A stretch of DNA of 64,000 nt from positions 128,001 to 192,000 of IMG/VR virus record IMGVR_UViG_3300012642_000011; one strand, 5' to 3'. The DNA comes from a virus. The notes below the pieces were generated by a model. It did no database searches, was not told where the DNA came from, and saw nothing but the letters and a program-made list of their open reading frames with translations. Of this stretch, positions 1 through 8,937 are shown piece by piece; the stretch's first letter is position 1; each line of letters starts with the position of its first letter. The position numbers and the translations under genes were made by a program.

Positions 1-25
1 TCGAAGCATACATTAGTATGCTTAT

Positions 26-99
26 GGTCCATTGGAGTAGTTGGTTATCTCGCATGGTTCTCAGCCATGAGGTCACGGGTTCGAATCCCGTATGGACTA
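26..99 (+). tRNA. tRNA-Glu (anticodon CUC)
   Basis: hand-folded cloverleaf: acceptor ggtccat/atggact (G:U at 1-72), anticodon stem catgg/ccatg loop ttCTCag, T-arm acggg-ttcgaat-cccgt, discriminator A, no encoded CCA. Confidence 0.75.
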
Positions 100-100
100 C

Positions 101-175
101 GGTGATTGTACTTTAATTGGTTAAATGCCTTGACTGTGAATCAAGGAGATGTGGGTTCGAGTCCCATCAATCACA
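101..175 (+). tRNA. tRNA-His (anticodon GUG)
   Basis: extra 5' G(-1) then acceptor gtgattg/caatcac; anticodon stem cttga/tcaag loop ctGTGaa; T-arm gtggg-ttcgagt-cccat. Confidence 0.75.
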
Positions 176-206
176 CGATAGAGCGAATGGGTCGCTACCG
201 GACGCT

Positions 207-233
207 TGAAAAATCTATTTAGATTTTTTGTTG
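207..233. terminator. bidirectional hairpin terminator candidate
   Basis: perfect 9-bp hairpin aaaaatcta-ttt-tagattttt flanked by A-run and T-run, downstream of tRNA-Glu/His pair. Confidence 0.45.
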
Positions 234-375
234 GGAATCCCCAACGGTGGAAGAAACAAATGATTGACCATAATGGGTTCGATTCCCTACTGGGCGAGAG
301 ATCGCCTGGCGTCAGGTGGTGACTTATGGTGAGACTCACTTCTCTCTTTCTTCACTGCGCTTCAAGCGCTTTCAT

Positions 376-461
376 GCTCGATTGGTGGAATGCAGGTAGA
401 CACGCTGGCTTGAGGGGTCAGTTCACGTAAGTGAATACGGGTTCGAGTCCCGTATCGAGCA
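376..461 (+). tRNA. tRNA-Leu (anticodon GAG), type II
   Basis: acceptor gctcgat/atcgagc; anticodon stem ctggc/gtcag loop ttGAGgg; long variable arm; T-arm acggg-ttcgagt-cccgt. Confidence 0.8.
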
Positions 462-547
462 CAAAGCAAACGCTTTTGACAAGACGATTTGCTTTCAAGA
501 GATGATTGTGGTATAGTAATATTACTGCATGACATTCTTGAATATGC

Positions 548-630
548 GCCGGATTGGTGGAATTGGTAGACACGCTGGTTTTAGGTACCAGTGCCCATAA
601 GGTGTAAGGGTTCGAGTCCCTTATCCGGCA
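548..630 (+). tRNA. tRNA-Leu (anticodon UAG), type II
   Basis: acceptor gccggat/atccggc; anticodon stem ctggt/accag loop ttTAGgt; long variable arm; T-arm aaggg-ttcgagt-ccctt. Confidence 0.8.
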
Positions 631-865
631 CTGATAACAATGAATATTGTTGTCAAAATGGTTGCTATAGAGAACAAGTTTTGATATAGTAATCATGTCT
701 TCTTGATTATATGAATTCCGAGGTCAAGAAGATATTTCCTGCATATCGGGCTTTACTGATGATGAATCAGTAAGAGCAGAATCTGGGATAATAGAAATAT
801 TGTCGGTAGAATGCTGCAAGTACGCTTCGGCGCGAAACGCCGTGGTGAGTACTATTCATCATTAT

Positions 866-939
866 GGTCTTGTAGCTCAGTTGGTTAGAGCATCGTCCTG
901 ATAAGACGGGGGTCGGTGGTTCAAGTCCACTCAAGACCA
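866..939 (+). tRNA. tRNA-Ile (anticodon GAU)
   Basis: acceptor ggtcttg/caagacc; D-arm gctcagttggttagagc; anticodon loop ctGATaa; T-arm ggtgg-ttcaagt-ccact. Confidence 0.85.
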
Positions 940-941
940 CT

Positions 942-1017
942 CGCGGTGTGGGGGAGTTCGGTTGTCCCCGCTGGCCTCATAAGCCAGAGATCGTGGGTTC
1001 AAATCCCACCTCCGCAA
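942..1017 (+). tRNA. tRNA-fMet-like (anticodon CAU), initiator-type C1 opposite A72
   Basis: 5' cgcggtg / 3' ctccgca leaves C1:A72 unpaired as in bacterial initiator tRNA; anticodon stem ctggc/gccag loop ctCATaa; T-arm gtggg-ttcaaat-cccac; starts 3 nt after tRNA-Ile. Confidence 0.75.
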
Positions 1018-1152
1018 CTAAAACATCATACTCATCGAGATTGATGTTTTTCTCACTTGACATCTTCGCTGATGTTTGAGAGCATTGTTCTTGTCATCAA
1101 GGGATACCTCGAAAGACAAGCATCTTGATAACTTCACAGAGATGTTTTTCAT

Positions 1153-1224
1153 GCCTCTATAGCTGAGATGGATTAGCACCTGGCTCTTAACCAGAAGAGG
1201 TAGGATCGTTACCTACTGGGGGCA
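1153..1224 (+). tRNA. tRNA-Lys (anticodon CUU), atypical T-loop
   Basis: acceptor gcctcta/tgggggc (two G:U); D-stem gctg/tagc; anticodon stem cctgg/ccaga (C:A at 27-43) loop ctCTTaa; T-arm gtagg-atcgtta-cctac. Confidence 0.55.
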
Positions 1225-1336
1225 CTGTAGTCATTATTGATTACTACAACGATAAATACTTTTGTAGACCAGATGAAGATGGATGAAGCAAAAAAGTGCC
1301 AAGGCACTTCATCAACCATCTACGAAAGGATACATC

Positions 1337-1765
1337 ATGATCAACAGCAACATCGATACTGTTCTCCTGAATGCTCTTCAGGGGAAGAAAATTGATCGAG
1401 TGGAATCACGAGGTCATCGCAAGAGTACCCTCGTCTTAGACGATGGTACTGAATTGGAACTCTTTGAGTCTGAGCAAGATTGTTGTGCAAGCGCGGCTGG
1501 CAAATGGGAGATCCTTGATCCCTCACAGCTAGAGGCAATGATCACAAATGTGCGACTTGCGTGTTCTTCTTGGGATGATGGGGATTCATATGGAGTAGAG
1601 GGAGTCATTACGATCCTTCACAACCAAAACCCTATCGCCCTTGCAAACCTGCACGCAGACGCTGGAAACGGCGGATATTACTATTCGATCTTAAGCCTTC
1701 GGGTGAAGATTCCGTCAGAGGATATCCGCGATTACAAAGTCATCTCTTCGAGTGACTTCTCGTAA
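1337..1765 (+). CDS. hypothetical protein
   Basis: in-frame part of track ORF 1283..1765; ATG at 1337 preceded by aaagga; no recognisable motif. Confidence 0.5.
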   Translation: MINSNIDTVLLNALQGKKIDRVESRGHRKSTLVLDDGTELELFESEQDCCASAAGKWEILDPSQLEAMITNVRLACSSWDDGDSYGVEGVITILHNQNPIALANLHADAGNGGYYYSILSLRVKIPSEDIRDYKVISSSDFS

Positions 1766-1828
1766 TGTTTCCTTATTCACCCCGAGACAGATTCATGTCT
1801 CTATGACCAGAGTCATCTGGTCACCTTT

Positions 1829-1914
1829 GCCCTTGTGGTGGAATTGGAAGACACGCAAGACTAAGGATCTTGTTTCTGTAAAAGGAAGTGCGAGTTCAAG
1901 TCTCGCCAAGGGCA
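1829..1914 (+). tRNA. tRNA-Leu (anticodon AAG), type II
   Basis: acceptor gcccttg/caagggc; anticodon stem caaga/tcttg loop ctAAGga (U33, G37); 16-nt variable arm; T-arm gcgag-ttcaagt-ctcgc. Confidence 0.6.
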
Positions 1915-2282
1915 CTGCGCATTGTGCGCAACAACCACCTCACGTCATGGCACGAAGGTTAATTAGGCCGCCATGTGTGAAACGATTAACGGAGTATAAC
2001 CCGTTGTGGTTGCTTTCCTTCTATTCCGTAGAGGAAGAATTCTTGGCCCATAAGCCAAAAGGTTTGTCAGTATGCAAGAGGCTAAAGCACAACTTCGAGA
2101 AGAGGTCGCTCTCACGAGTTCGCATGTTCCAAGGTAGCGAGTCACTGTGAAGAGTTTGATTCTCTTTGATTCCAATGTCTCCTGTTTCTGATAGGCTTGT
2201 TCATATCTATGTCAAAGAAAATGCAATTAAAACCTTATTCAACTCCAAGAAAAGGAGCAATAATGGAGAACTTTAACAACAC

Positions 2283-2330
2283 CTCCTGACCTTCTGTTGA
2301 CACTTTATCAACAGAAGGAGGTGAATCCTT
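2283..2330 (+). promoter_or_regulatory. RBS-sequestering hairpin upstream of small ORF
   Basis: 11-bp stem ccttctgttga / tcaacagaagg (loop cacttta); the 3' arm overlaps the aaggagg Shine-Dalgarno of the 2331 ORF. Confidence 0.4.
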
Positions 2331-2522
2331 ATGAAAAATACATCTACGTTCCGTTATAGCGGAAAAGATGTCACACCGTGGGAGGTTGTAGATAGAACTG
2401 GTAAAGTCCTGACCTACGAAAAGGACAAAAAGAAAAAGATTGCGCGCGGTTTTGATGGTTTTAAGACAGCCAATGAGATGGCGCGAGTACTGGGCGGTGT
2501 GGCGAGAAGGTCACGTCGTTGA
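2331..2522 (+). CDS. small basic hypothetical protein (63 aa)
   Basis: track ORF; strong RBS aaggaggtgaatccttATG. Confidence 0.55.
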   Translation: MKNTSTFRYSGKDVTPWEVVDRTGKVLTYEKDKKKKIARGFDGFKTANEMARVLGGVARRSRR

Positions 2523-2578
2523 GGACGTTGTATTTTCTTCGATAGTCACTGACTAACGAAAAAAGAATTCGGAAAAAT

Positions 2579-2647
2579 GGTCTATAGTATTAATGGCAAA
2601 ATACTCACTCTTTAGTGGGAGATCGCGGTTCGAATCCGCGTAGACCT
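2579..2647 (+). tRNA. tRNA-like gene, anticodon arm degenerate (possible pseudo-tRNA)
   Basis: acceptor ggtctat/gtagacc, D-arm agtat-taatggcaaa-atact and T-arm gcgg-ttcgaat-ccgc fold, but only a 3-bp stem with a 6-nt loop where the anticodon arm should be; 68 nt total. Confidence 0.4.
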
Positions 2648-2826
2648 TCGATTAATAATAACGTGAACACTGATACCATGAATTCTTATATTTCATCAAA
2701 CTATAGCGGGGACACAATTATATTATTTATGCGCCATCTTCACCCAAAGCCCCCATCTCTGATATCACGCCGTGGATTATTATGCTAATTGTTATTCCAT
2801 TTGCATCTTAATTTAGAGAAGTCAGA

Positions 2827-3648
2827 ATGGAAAAGTATCACATCACAGACAAGGGTGAAGTCAAGACCTGCACTGCACATGTGCGTAAATGCCCCATCAA
2901 TGATGCCCCTATGCACTTTTCAAACAAAGAGGATGCCTACGAACACATTGCCAACACAGTCAATAATAGTGCAATCTTGACAAAAAAGAATGAAAGCATG
3001 ATCTCTCAGAGAGACAAGAAGAAGAAAATTCAGGCTTTTGTTGAACTAAACAAAATATTGGAGAAGTCATCTCGGGGTTTTGGATACCACGTCAGCAATG
3101 ACGGTCTGGAAGAAATCAACCCTGATAAAAGGACAGAGAACACTGACTTCACCTACCTTGGAGGAGGAATGGTCAGAGATGCTTACTATCACCAGAAGAC
3201 CAATCTTGTCTATAAGGTAAATCGTTTCTTCACAGATGAAGAATCCAGAAAATTTTCGCTTCACGAGAAGAGGGCCTATGACTCCTTGAATCATGAAGAA
3301 CTATGGAAGAAGAAAGTCCGCTATGCTGACACTGACTTCATTGAAACCCCTGATGGACGAATTTTCGTTACACAGGAAGCTATTTTGGCTGAAAATCTAG
3401 GATACCATCCCACCAAGTTCAGCAGCGCCCATGATGAGATGATGTCTCATTCATCAGGAAAAATAGGTGAGATAATGGGATTCTTGAAGGACAATGGGAT
3501 CACTGATCTTCAGATGGGGAATGTGGTCTATGACAAGAATAAAGATGAGATCATTCTCATTGACTGCCTCCCTATTGAAGATGACCTGTTGAAAAAAGTT
3601 CGAAAAGAGAATGACAAGGCGTGGGAGGATTCAGGAATGGATTATTGA
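2827..3648 (+). CDS. protein with shared N-terminal Cys module (KYHI...C...C...HF.NK.DA); C-terminal domain unassigned
   Basis: 273-aa track ORF; N-terminus MEKYHITDKGEVKTCTAHVRKCPINDAPMHFSNKEDAYEHI matches the module seen on 7 other ORFs in this window. Confidence 0.7.
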   Translation: MEKYHITDKGEVKTCTAHVRKCPINDAPMHFSNKEDAYEHIANTVNNSAILTKKNESMISQRDKKKKIQAFVELNKILEKSSRGFGYHVSNDGLEEINPDKRTENTDFTYLGGGMVRDAYYHQKTNLVYKVNRFFTDEESRKFSLHEKRAYDSLNHEELWKKKVRYADTDFIETPDGRIFVTQEAILAENLGYHPTKFSSAHDEMMSHSSGKIGEIMGFLKDNGITDLQMGNVVYDKNKDEIILIDCLPIEDDLLKKVRKENDKAWEDSGMDY

Positions 3649-3694
3649 TTTGATGTCACAGAACAACTCAATGATCCACCTTCAAGCAAGCGAC

Positions 3695-3723
3695 TTGACA
3701 ACAGTGCAAGCATGGTGTAAAAT
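3695..3723 (+). promoter_or_regulatory. sigma70-type promoter (TTGACA-17-TGnTAAAAT) upstream of tRNA-Ser
   Basis: ttgaca at 3695, 17-nt spacer ending tggtg, -10 taaaat at 3718. Confidence 0.5.
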
Positions 3724-3751
3724 AGAAGATGTCAGAAACGATATCAATAAT

Positions 3752-3839
3752 GGATGGTTGTCCGAGCGGCCTATGGAGCTGGTCTTGAAAACCAGTAGGT
3801 GTAACAGCCACGAGGGTTCAAATCCCTCACCATCCGCCA
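3752..3839 (+). tRNA. tRNA-Ser (anticodon UGA), type II, CCA encoded
   Basis: acceptor ggatggt/accatcc; anticodon stem ctggt/accag loop ctTGAaa; long variable arm; T-arm gaggg-ttcaaat-ccctc; discriminator G then cca. Confidence 0.85.
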
Positions 3840-3842
3840 GAG

Positions 3843-3871
3843 TTGACATAGTAATCACAATATGCTATACT
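3843..3871 (+). promoter_or_regulatory. sigma70-type promoter (TTGACA-17-TATACT) upstream of tRNA-Glu(UUC)
   Basis: ttgaca 3843-3848, 17-nt spacer ending atatgc, tatact 3866-3871. Confidence 0.5.
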
Positions 3872-3910
3872 AACTCTACAAACAGCGACAGTTGTGAGAT
3901 TGACGCTTAT

Positions 3911-3983
3911 GCTCCCATCGTCTAGTGGCTTAGGACATCGCCCTTTCACGGCGACGACACGGGTTCGAATCCCGTTGGGAGTA
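3911..3983 (+). tRNA. tRNA-Glu (anticodon UUC)
   Basis: acceptor gctccca/tgggagt (G1:U72); anticodon stem tcgcc/ggcga loop ctTTCac; T-arm acggg-ttcgaat-cccgt. Confidence 0.8.
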
Positions 3984-4007
3984 CGATAAAAATCATCGAC
4001 ATTCCAA

Positions 4008-4045
4008 CAAGACCCCTTTTTGAATTAATTCAAAAAGGGGTCTTG
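4008..4045. terminator. bidirectional rho-independent terminator
   Basis: perfect palindrome caagaccccttttt-gaattaattc-aaaaaggggtcttg. Confidence 0.6.
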
Positions 4046-4230
4046 TTGTAGAATAAAAGTGATAGGTGATAATGGACAAGATGAAAATAGTGACTCTACA
4101 ACAGTCCCACCCATTATCATGACCCCATTGACACCTCTTACTCTCGTTGTAATCAGATTGACTTTACGCTTCAGACATGATAGGTTCAAGACAGATAACT
4201 AATCAGTCAATACGAGAAAGAGGTCTAAAG

Positions 4231-4692
4231 ATGCAGTCGAGAGTCATGGAAATCAACTTGGGTGACCACTATGGAGACGGTCACGGACGTTACGAAACCT
4301 TCAAGGTTACCATCAGTGGTGACGATGTTTCCAATGAGAAACTGAAGTCGTCCTATGACTCCATGTGCAAGAAGATGGGAGTAGATCTCGATTCCATCCT
4401 TTACACCAAGGATGAGAGTTACTACAGTACCTTCATGTCAAAGAGTAGCCTTCAGAATGCCCTTGACAATGGCTTCGATGGAGACATTGACTTCAGTGAT
4501 GATGAGGTGCCCGGAATTTATGTGGATAAGGACTCTGAGAAGAGAACAATTAGTTCCCTTGACCTTCTCATGTTCTATGTTGGCTCAGAAATTGAAAATT
4601 TCTCTTGGAACCTTCACGAAAAGGAGAAGGAGCCAGATCTTCTCAATGTCATCGGAGCCGTCTATGGGTATGAGTTCTACATGCACGTGTGA
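4231..4692 (+). CDS. hypothetical acidic protein
   Basis: in-frame part of track ORF 4177..4692; ATG at 4231 after gagaaagaggtctaaag. Confidence 0.55.
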   Translation: MQSRVMEINLGDHYGDGHGRYETFKVTISGDDVSNEKLKSSYDSMCKKMGVDLDSILYTKDESYYSTFMSKSSLQNALDNGFDGDIDFSDDEVPGIYVDKDSEKRTISSLDLLMFYVGSEIENFSWNLHEKEKEPDLLNVIGAVYGYEFYMHV

Positions 4693-4933
4693 TTTTGGGC
4701 AAAATTGGCTTTTATGAGAGATCTTCAATCTACAAGGCAGATGGGGGTTATTCCTATCTCTTTGGCAGCATATTGGCATCACTAAGATGAAAAATGACAT
4801 TCCTATGATGACTAAGCATTGAGATAAAAATAGAATGTAGTCAAGAGTAATGAGGATAAAATCATTTAATTATGATATTCAGATCATCATATTAATTCAT
4901 TAAAATTCTCTTCATAAAGGATAAAGATGCTCT

Positions 4934-7648
4934 GTGTCAAGGAACCTCAAAGCCAAGAAATTTCCTCCTAAAATTAGTCGTTCTTTTCAATCGGCTCTGA
5001 AGTATGCACAAGCAAACAAAGATGTTGAGAAAGCAGTAGAGAAAGCAACCTGCAACCTTCTTGAAGAGGGATTGACAGTATATGCGGGCAACGTTGCTCA
5101 TACTCACTACCCTCACAAGACAGACGGTGTTGTCACTGTCTCCAATGGACTCTTTGGCGACATGAGTATTCTGGTGGAAGCAAAGAGGGATTCAGGAGAC
5201 CTTTCTCAGCCCAAGTCCCGCGCTGTTGTAATCGCCCAGTCTGTCTTCTACCTCAAGAGGTTCAAGGATGCAGGAGACCTGATACCGTCTGTTCTGGTCT
5301 TTGCTGACATGGATCAGGTCTTTGCTCTCCCCACCTCTTTGGTCATCAACTACCTTGACGGAGTATGGGGTGAGGTCAGTGAGGGATGGAATTGGTCTCT
5401 GTCCCCTTCTGGGGTCTCCAAGCACTCTGTGAGTCTCGTGGAGGCACTATCTACAGACTCCAACCTCAGACCCTTCGTGCGTCCCGTTGATGACTCCTTT
5501 GACGCTGAGGCTTTCATCTCCTCTGTCTATGATATGGCAAGCACAGGAGAACCCATCAAGATCCCTGTGACAGCATTGACATTGGAGAGGCTGTTCTTGA
5601 AGTTCAATCAAAACGTCTTCGGTGGCATCCTCAACGCCAAGACGCAAGGGGACACAGTATCCAATCAAGATCAGATCTCCATCTTCATCGCTTCCCTGAA
5701 GGGTTCTGACTCCACTTACCTTCACCCTAAGCAGCCCAATGTGCTGGTGCATGGAAAGAAGAGTGTGCGCTTGAATTCAGATGCTTATGAAGCCTTCTGG
5801 AATCACTATGACTCAGCATCTTATACTCTGGATGAACTCAAGGCTATCACTGAAATCGCTGACACTCTCATCAACGATGTTGACAGAAGATTCCATGGTG
5901 ACTTTTGGACTCCTGTGATCTGGGTGAATAAGGCTCATGAGATGATCACTGAATCTCTTGGTGAGGATTGGAAGGATAATTATACTGTCTGGGACCCGGC
6001 TTGTGGCTCCAAGAACTTGACTCGTGACTACTATTTCAACAACCTCTACCTCTCCACTTTGCATGAAGAAGAGTTGGAGATCTCCTCTGACTACAACCCT
6101 GAAGCCTCAGGAGAGCATACCTTCGCCTATGATTTTCTCAATGATGATGTTGATGTCATGCATGGTGAGAATGCTTACACAAGAGATCAAATGGAGGCCA
6201 TGAGTGATGAAGAATTGAGCAGGACATTCAAGATGCCTGTGTCTTTGATTCGTGATTTGTTGGCAAAGAAGCCTTTTGTGTTCATTGGCAATCCGCCGTA
6301 TGGATCGGATGGAAATATGCAATCAGTTAACGAGTCAAAAAAATCAATTGCTGATACAAAGATTAGATCACTCATGCTGAAAAATAAAAAGGGTGGTCAT
6401 GCTGCGAGGGAACTTTATACTCAATTTATCTATAGGGTTAAAATAATATCTGATAAATTCAATTACAGCCATGAAGATGAGTTCCACTTCTTCTTCTTCA
6501 ATAAGGGCTTCTTGACATCTCCTAACTTTAGCGAATTTGTTTTTGACTTAACAGCAAAGTTTCACTTTAATAGAGGTTTTATGATCAATGCTGGTGAATT
6601 TAATGGTACATCTTCCTCATGGGGAATTATTTTCTCTCATTGGTCACTATTGGGTTTGAAAAATCAAAATGTTTTTAATTTTAATGTTCTTGAAAATAAA
6701 AAAGGAATTATAAAAGATATAGGGCATTGGTCAGGAGAAATTACTGGCAAATATAATACTATATCTTCATGGCTTTCCGAGGTGGAAATTCCCAAAAATA
6801 AAACTTATGAAAATGTACCTTTGACTAAAAATGGACTAGAAAAGAATACTTCAGCAAATCTTTATTCTAAAATGTCAAATGATTGGATTGGGTATATTGC
6901 TAATCATGCAAACAACGTCCATAAATCAGATAAGTATGTAGGAATGTATTCTATGGGTGCAGGGTCTCAAGTGGGATGGTGTATCACCCCTAACAACCTT
7001 ACCCGCGCCGCAATGACCTTCTCCATCCGCCGTTCAGTCCAAGAAGATATTGCTGAACACAAACTCCTCTGGGTGCGTGATAAAGACATCTTCACTGCCC
7101 CTTCTGAGGAACTTTCTGAAGACAAAGTATTCACTGCTGACTGCATGGTGTATTCACTCTTTGATCGCCAATCCAATCAGACTTCATTGCGCAACTTTGA
7201 ATACAATGGCAATAGTTATCGTATCATCAATGAATTCTTTCCGTTCTCAAGAGACTTCATTAAAGACTTGGCTGTTCAGCACAGGAATCTGAAGGTTCAG
7301 CAAGATGTCAGTGTAGAGACCAAAGAGCGCATTGTCTACAATTGGCTGCAGGAGAACGAAGAATACTTGAGTGATGAAGCAAGGGATCTCTTGAGAATCG
7401 TGAAGAACATCTATGAAGTCTCCTTTGCTTCCCGTGCTGACTATGATCACATGCACCCACGCTACCAAGTGCAATCATGGGATGCAGGATGGATGCAAAT
7501 CAACAGAATGGTCTTTGGCAACGATAGAATCAGTGATGAGTATCTTCACCTCAAGCCTGATTTCATTGCTGCCAGAAAAGTCTTGGGCAAAAAGATTGCT
7601 CAAGCCGCCTATGATGACGGCATCATAGCGGGGATTGAAAAAACTTAG
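4934..7648 (+). CDS. MmeI-like Type IIL/IIG restriction-modification fusion (N-terminal PD-ExK nuclease + gamma-class N6-adenine methyltransferase + TRD)
   Basis: 904-aa ORF, GTG start; nuclease motif GDMSILVEAKRD (D...ExK); MTase motif X GDFWTP, motif I VWDPACGSKNL, motif IV FIGNPPYG; only TAG stop codon in the window. Confidence 0.85.
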   Translation: MSRNLKAKKFPPKISRSFQSALKYAQANKDVEKAVEKATCNLLEEGLTVYAGNVAHTHYPHKTDGVVTVSNGLFGDMSILVEAKRDSGDLSQPKSRAVVIAQSVFYLKRFKDAGDLIPSVLVFADMDQVFALPTSLVINYLDGVWGEVSEGWNWSLSPSGVSKHSVSLVEALSTDSNLRPFVRPVDDSFDAEAFISSVYDMASTGEPIKIPVTALTLERLFLKFNQNVFGGILNAKTQGDTVSNQDQISIFIASLKGSDSTYLHPKQPNVLVHGKKSVRLNSDAYEAFWNHYDSASYTLDELKAITEIADTLINDVDRRFHGDFWTPVIWVNKAHEMITESLGEDWKDNYTVWDPACGSKNLTRDYYFNNLYLSTLHEEELEISSDYNPEASGEHTFAYDFLNDDVDVMHGENAYTRDQMEAMSDEELSRTFKMPVSLIRDLLAKKPFVFIGNPPYGSDGNMQSVNESKKSIADTKIRSLMLKNKKGGHAARELYTQFIYRVKIISDKFNYSHEDEFHFFFFNKGFLTSPNFSEFVFDLTAKFHFNRGFMINAGEFNGTSSSWGIIFSHWSLLGLKNQNVFNFNVLENKKGIIKDIGHWSGEITGKYNTISSWLSEVEIPKNKTYENVPLTKNGLEKNTSANLYSKMSNDWIGYIANHANNVHKSDKYVGMYSMGAGSQVGWCITPNNLTRAAMTFSIRRSVQEDIAEHKLLWVRDKDIFTAPSEELSEDKVFTADCMVYSLFDRQSNQTSLRNFEYNGNSYRIINEFFPFSRDFIKDLAVQHRNLKVQQDVSVETKERIVYNWLQENEEYLSDEARDLLRIVKNIYEVSFASRADYDHMHPRYQVQSWDAGWMQINRMVFGNDRISDEYLHLKPDFIAARKVLGKKIAQAAYDDGIIAGIEKT

Positions 7649-7658
7649 GAGATTGAAA

Positions 7659-8024
7659 ATGACCTATAGTTCAAGCGGAAAAATTTTACTTAATGTGAAT
7701 ACTATATCTGAAAGAGAAATTGAAGATCTTTTTTCTAATGGTGTATCAGAAAGAAGTTGTATAATAATTAGAATCAACAGAGCAAATATTATTATCGATA
7801 AAGTTCATGATAAGTTCAAGCAAGTAGCCTTATCTTTAAGCAAATCAGTTCAAGACAAAGACAAAGAAATTATTATAGATAATTCAAATCTTATGAGTGA
7901 ATTCACGGTTTTTGGTGGAGACGTAATAAGAGACACTGTTTCTTCTGAAGATAGATATCTTTTAGACTACATCAGAGAACAAGGATTTAAAAATTCCAGA
8001 ATTAAAGATATGGATGCAAGATAA
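7659..8024 (+). CDS. hypothetical protein, very AT-rich (122 aa)
   Basis: in-frame ATG of track ORF 7635..8024 preceded by aggag at 7647; composition matches the AT-rich segment inside the upstream RM gene. Confidence 0.5.
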   Translation: MTYSSSGKILLNVNTISEREIEDLFSNGVSERSCIIIRINRANIIIDKVHDKFKQVALSLSKSVQDKDKEIIIDNSNLMSEFTVFGGDVIRDTVSSEDRYLLDYIREQGFKNSRIKDMDAR

Positions 8025-8036
8025 TTATTGAGTCTC

Positions 8037-8108
8037 TAACCGGATTTGAATCGGCGACCTTTCCACTATGAGCGGAACACGTTCTAGCCAACTGAGTTAT
8101 GGAGGCAT
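8037..8108 (-). pseudogene. degenerate tRNA remnant (anticodon-arm CAU) on minus strand
   Basis: minus-strand sequence gcctccataactcagttggctagaacg...ttccg-ctCATag-tggaa...gccgattcaaatccgg: recognisable D-loop, anticodon arm and T-loop, but the D-stem has two mismatches and no 3' acceptor partner for gcctcca. Confidence 0.4.
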
Positions 8109-8109
8109 C

Positions 8110-8160
8110 GCCCACCTGTGATCAAGTGGCACCACTTGATCACAGGTGGGCGCTTTCTTG
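8110..8160 (+). terminator. rho-independent terminator
   Basis: 19-bp perfect hairpin cccacctgtgatcaagtgg-cac-cacttgatcacaggtggg followed by gctttcttg. Confidence 0.6.
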
Positions 8161-8591
8161 TCAAATTCTACCACTTATTAGATGAGATCAAAGATCTTCA
8201 TGAGTAAGATCAATATAATCGAGGTAATCAACTAAATAAAAAGGATGATTGGTCAGCATTGCGCCTTATCGGGAAGATTACTCCCTGCGCACGTGGGTGA
8301 GACTATCAAATAAAAATAGAATACCCACTTGTTAACAATGCGATTATCCTCAACAAATGAGTATTTGTTCTCACCCCACCCTCACCACTATCGTCAGGTG
8401 GGGGTTGTGCTGTCTCCACCCCCTCAACATTGTCGCCACATCAGCAATACAATACTATATAAGGAGTTGCCATATCAGGTATCCCTTGATATACTGATCA
8501 AGCAACTGAAGGATCTACAAACCCCTTAGTCATTATCGATTGACAAGAGGACATTGAAGATAATAGGTGAGAAGAAACCATAGGAGTTTTC

Positions 8592-8849
8592 ATGTTAGGA
8601 TTCAACATCACAGTTTCAGGGGATAGTGGCTCTGTCACCAGAAGTTCATCAGCACAGTGCAAGATTCCGTCATCATGGGTTACACCTGATCCCAGTGTTG
8701 TCACTGTCATCTCCAATGGTGGCTACCCCACCCAATTCAGAGATGTTTTCAGTGATACAAAGGAAGATCTGACTACTGTCTTCAAATCAGAACGTCTTCC
8801 TTTTGAGGAATCAGAAGTTGTCACTGTCACCCTGTGGGATCAATCCTGA
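8592..8849 (+). CDS. hypothetical protein (85 aa)
   Basis: track ORF; RBS aggag 7 nt upstream of ATG. Confidence 0.45.
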   Translation: MLGFNITVSGDSGSVTRSSSAQCKIPSSWVTPDPSVVTVISNGGYPTQFRDVFSDTKEDLTTVFKSERLPFEESEVVTVTLWDQS

Positions 8850-8937
8850 CTATGCTCTGATCTCTCCTCTCGTTTTAGATTTACTCCGACAGAATCTGAA
8901 TTTTTCTGATAATTAGCTAGAGCGAGAAGGAGAGACC

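Noticed and set aside
186-300. T-arm-like ggg-ttcgatt-ccc hairpin near 270-290, suggesting another tRNA
   Set aside because: I could not find an acceptor partner, D-arm or anticodon arm in any register. An internal terminator-like hairpin interrupts it. It is left uncalled.
121-696. Minus-strand ORFs of 72-92 aa across the first tRNA block, and similar ones over other tRNAs (for example 14675-15380, 20046-20561)
   Set aside because: They are the reverse complements of tRNA genes. They are rich in Gly/Pro/Ser from GGTTCGAATCC-type sequence and have no RBS.
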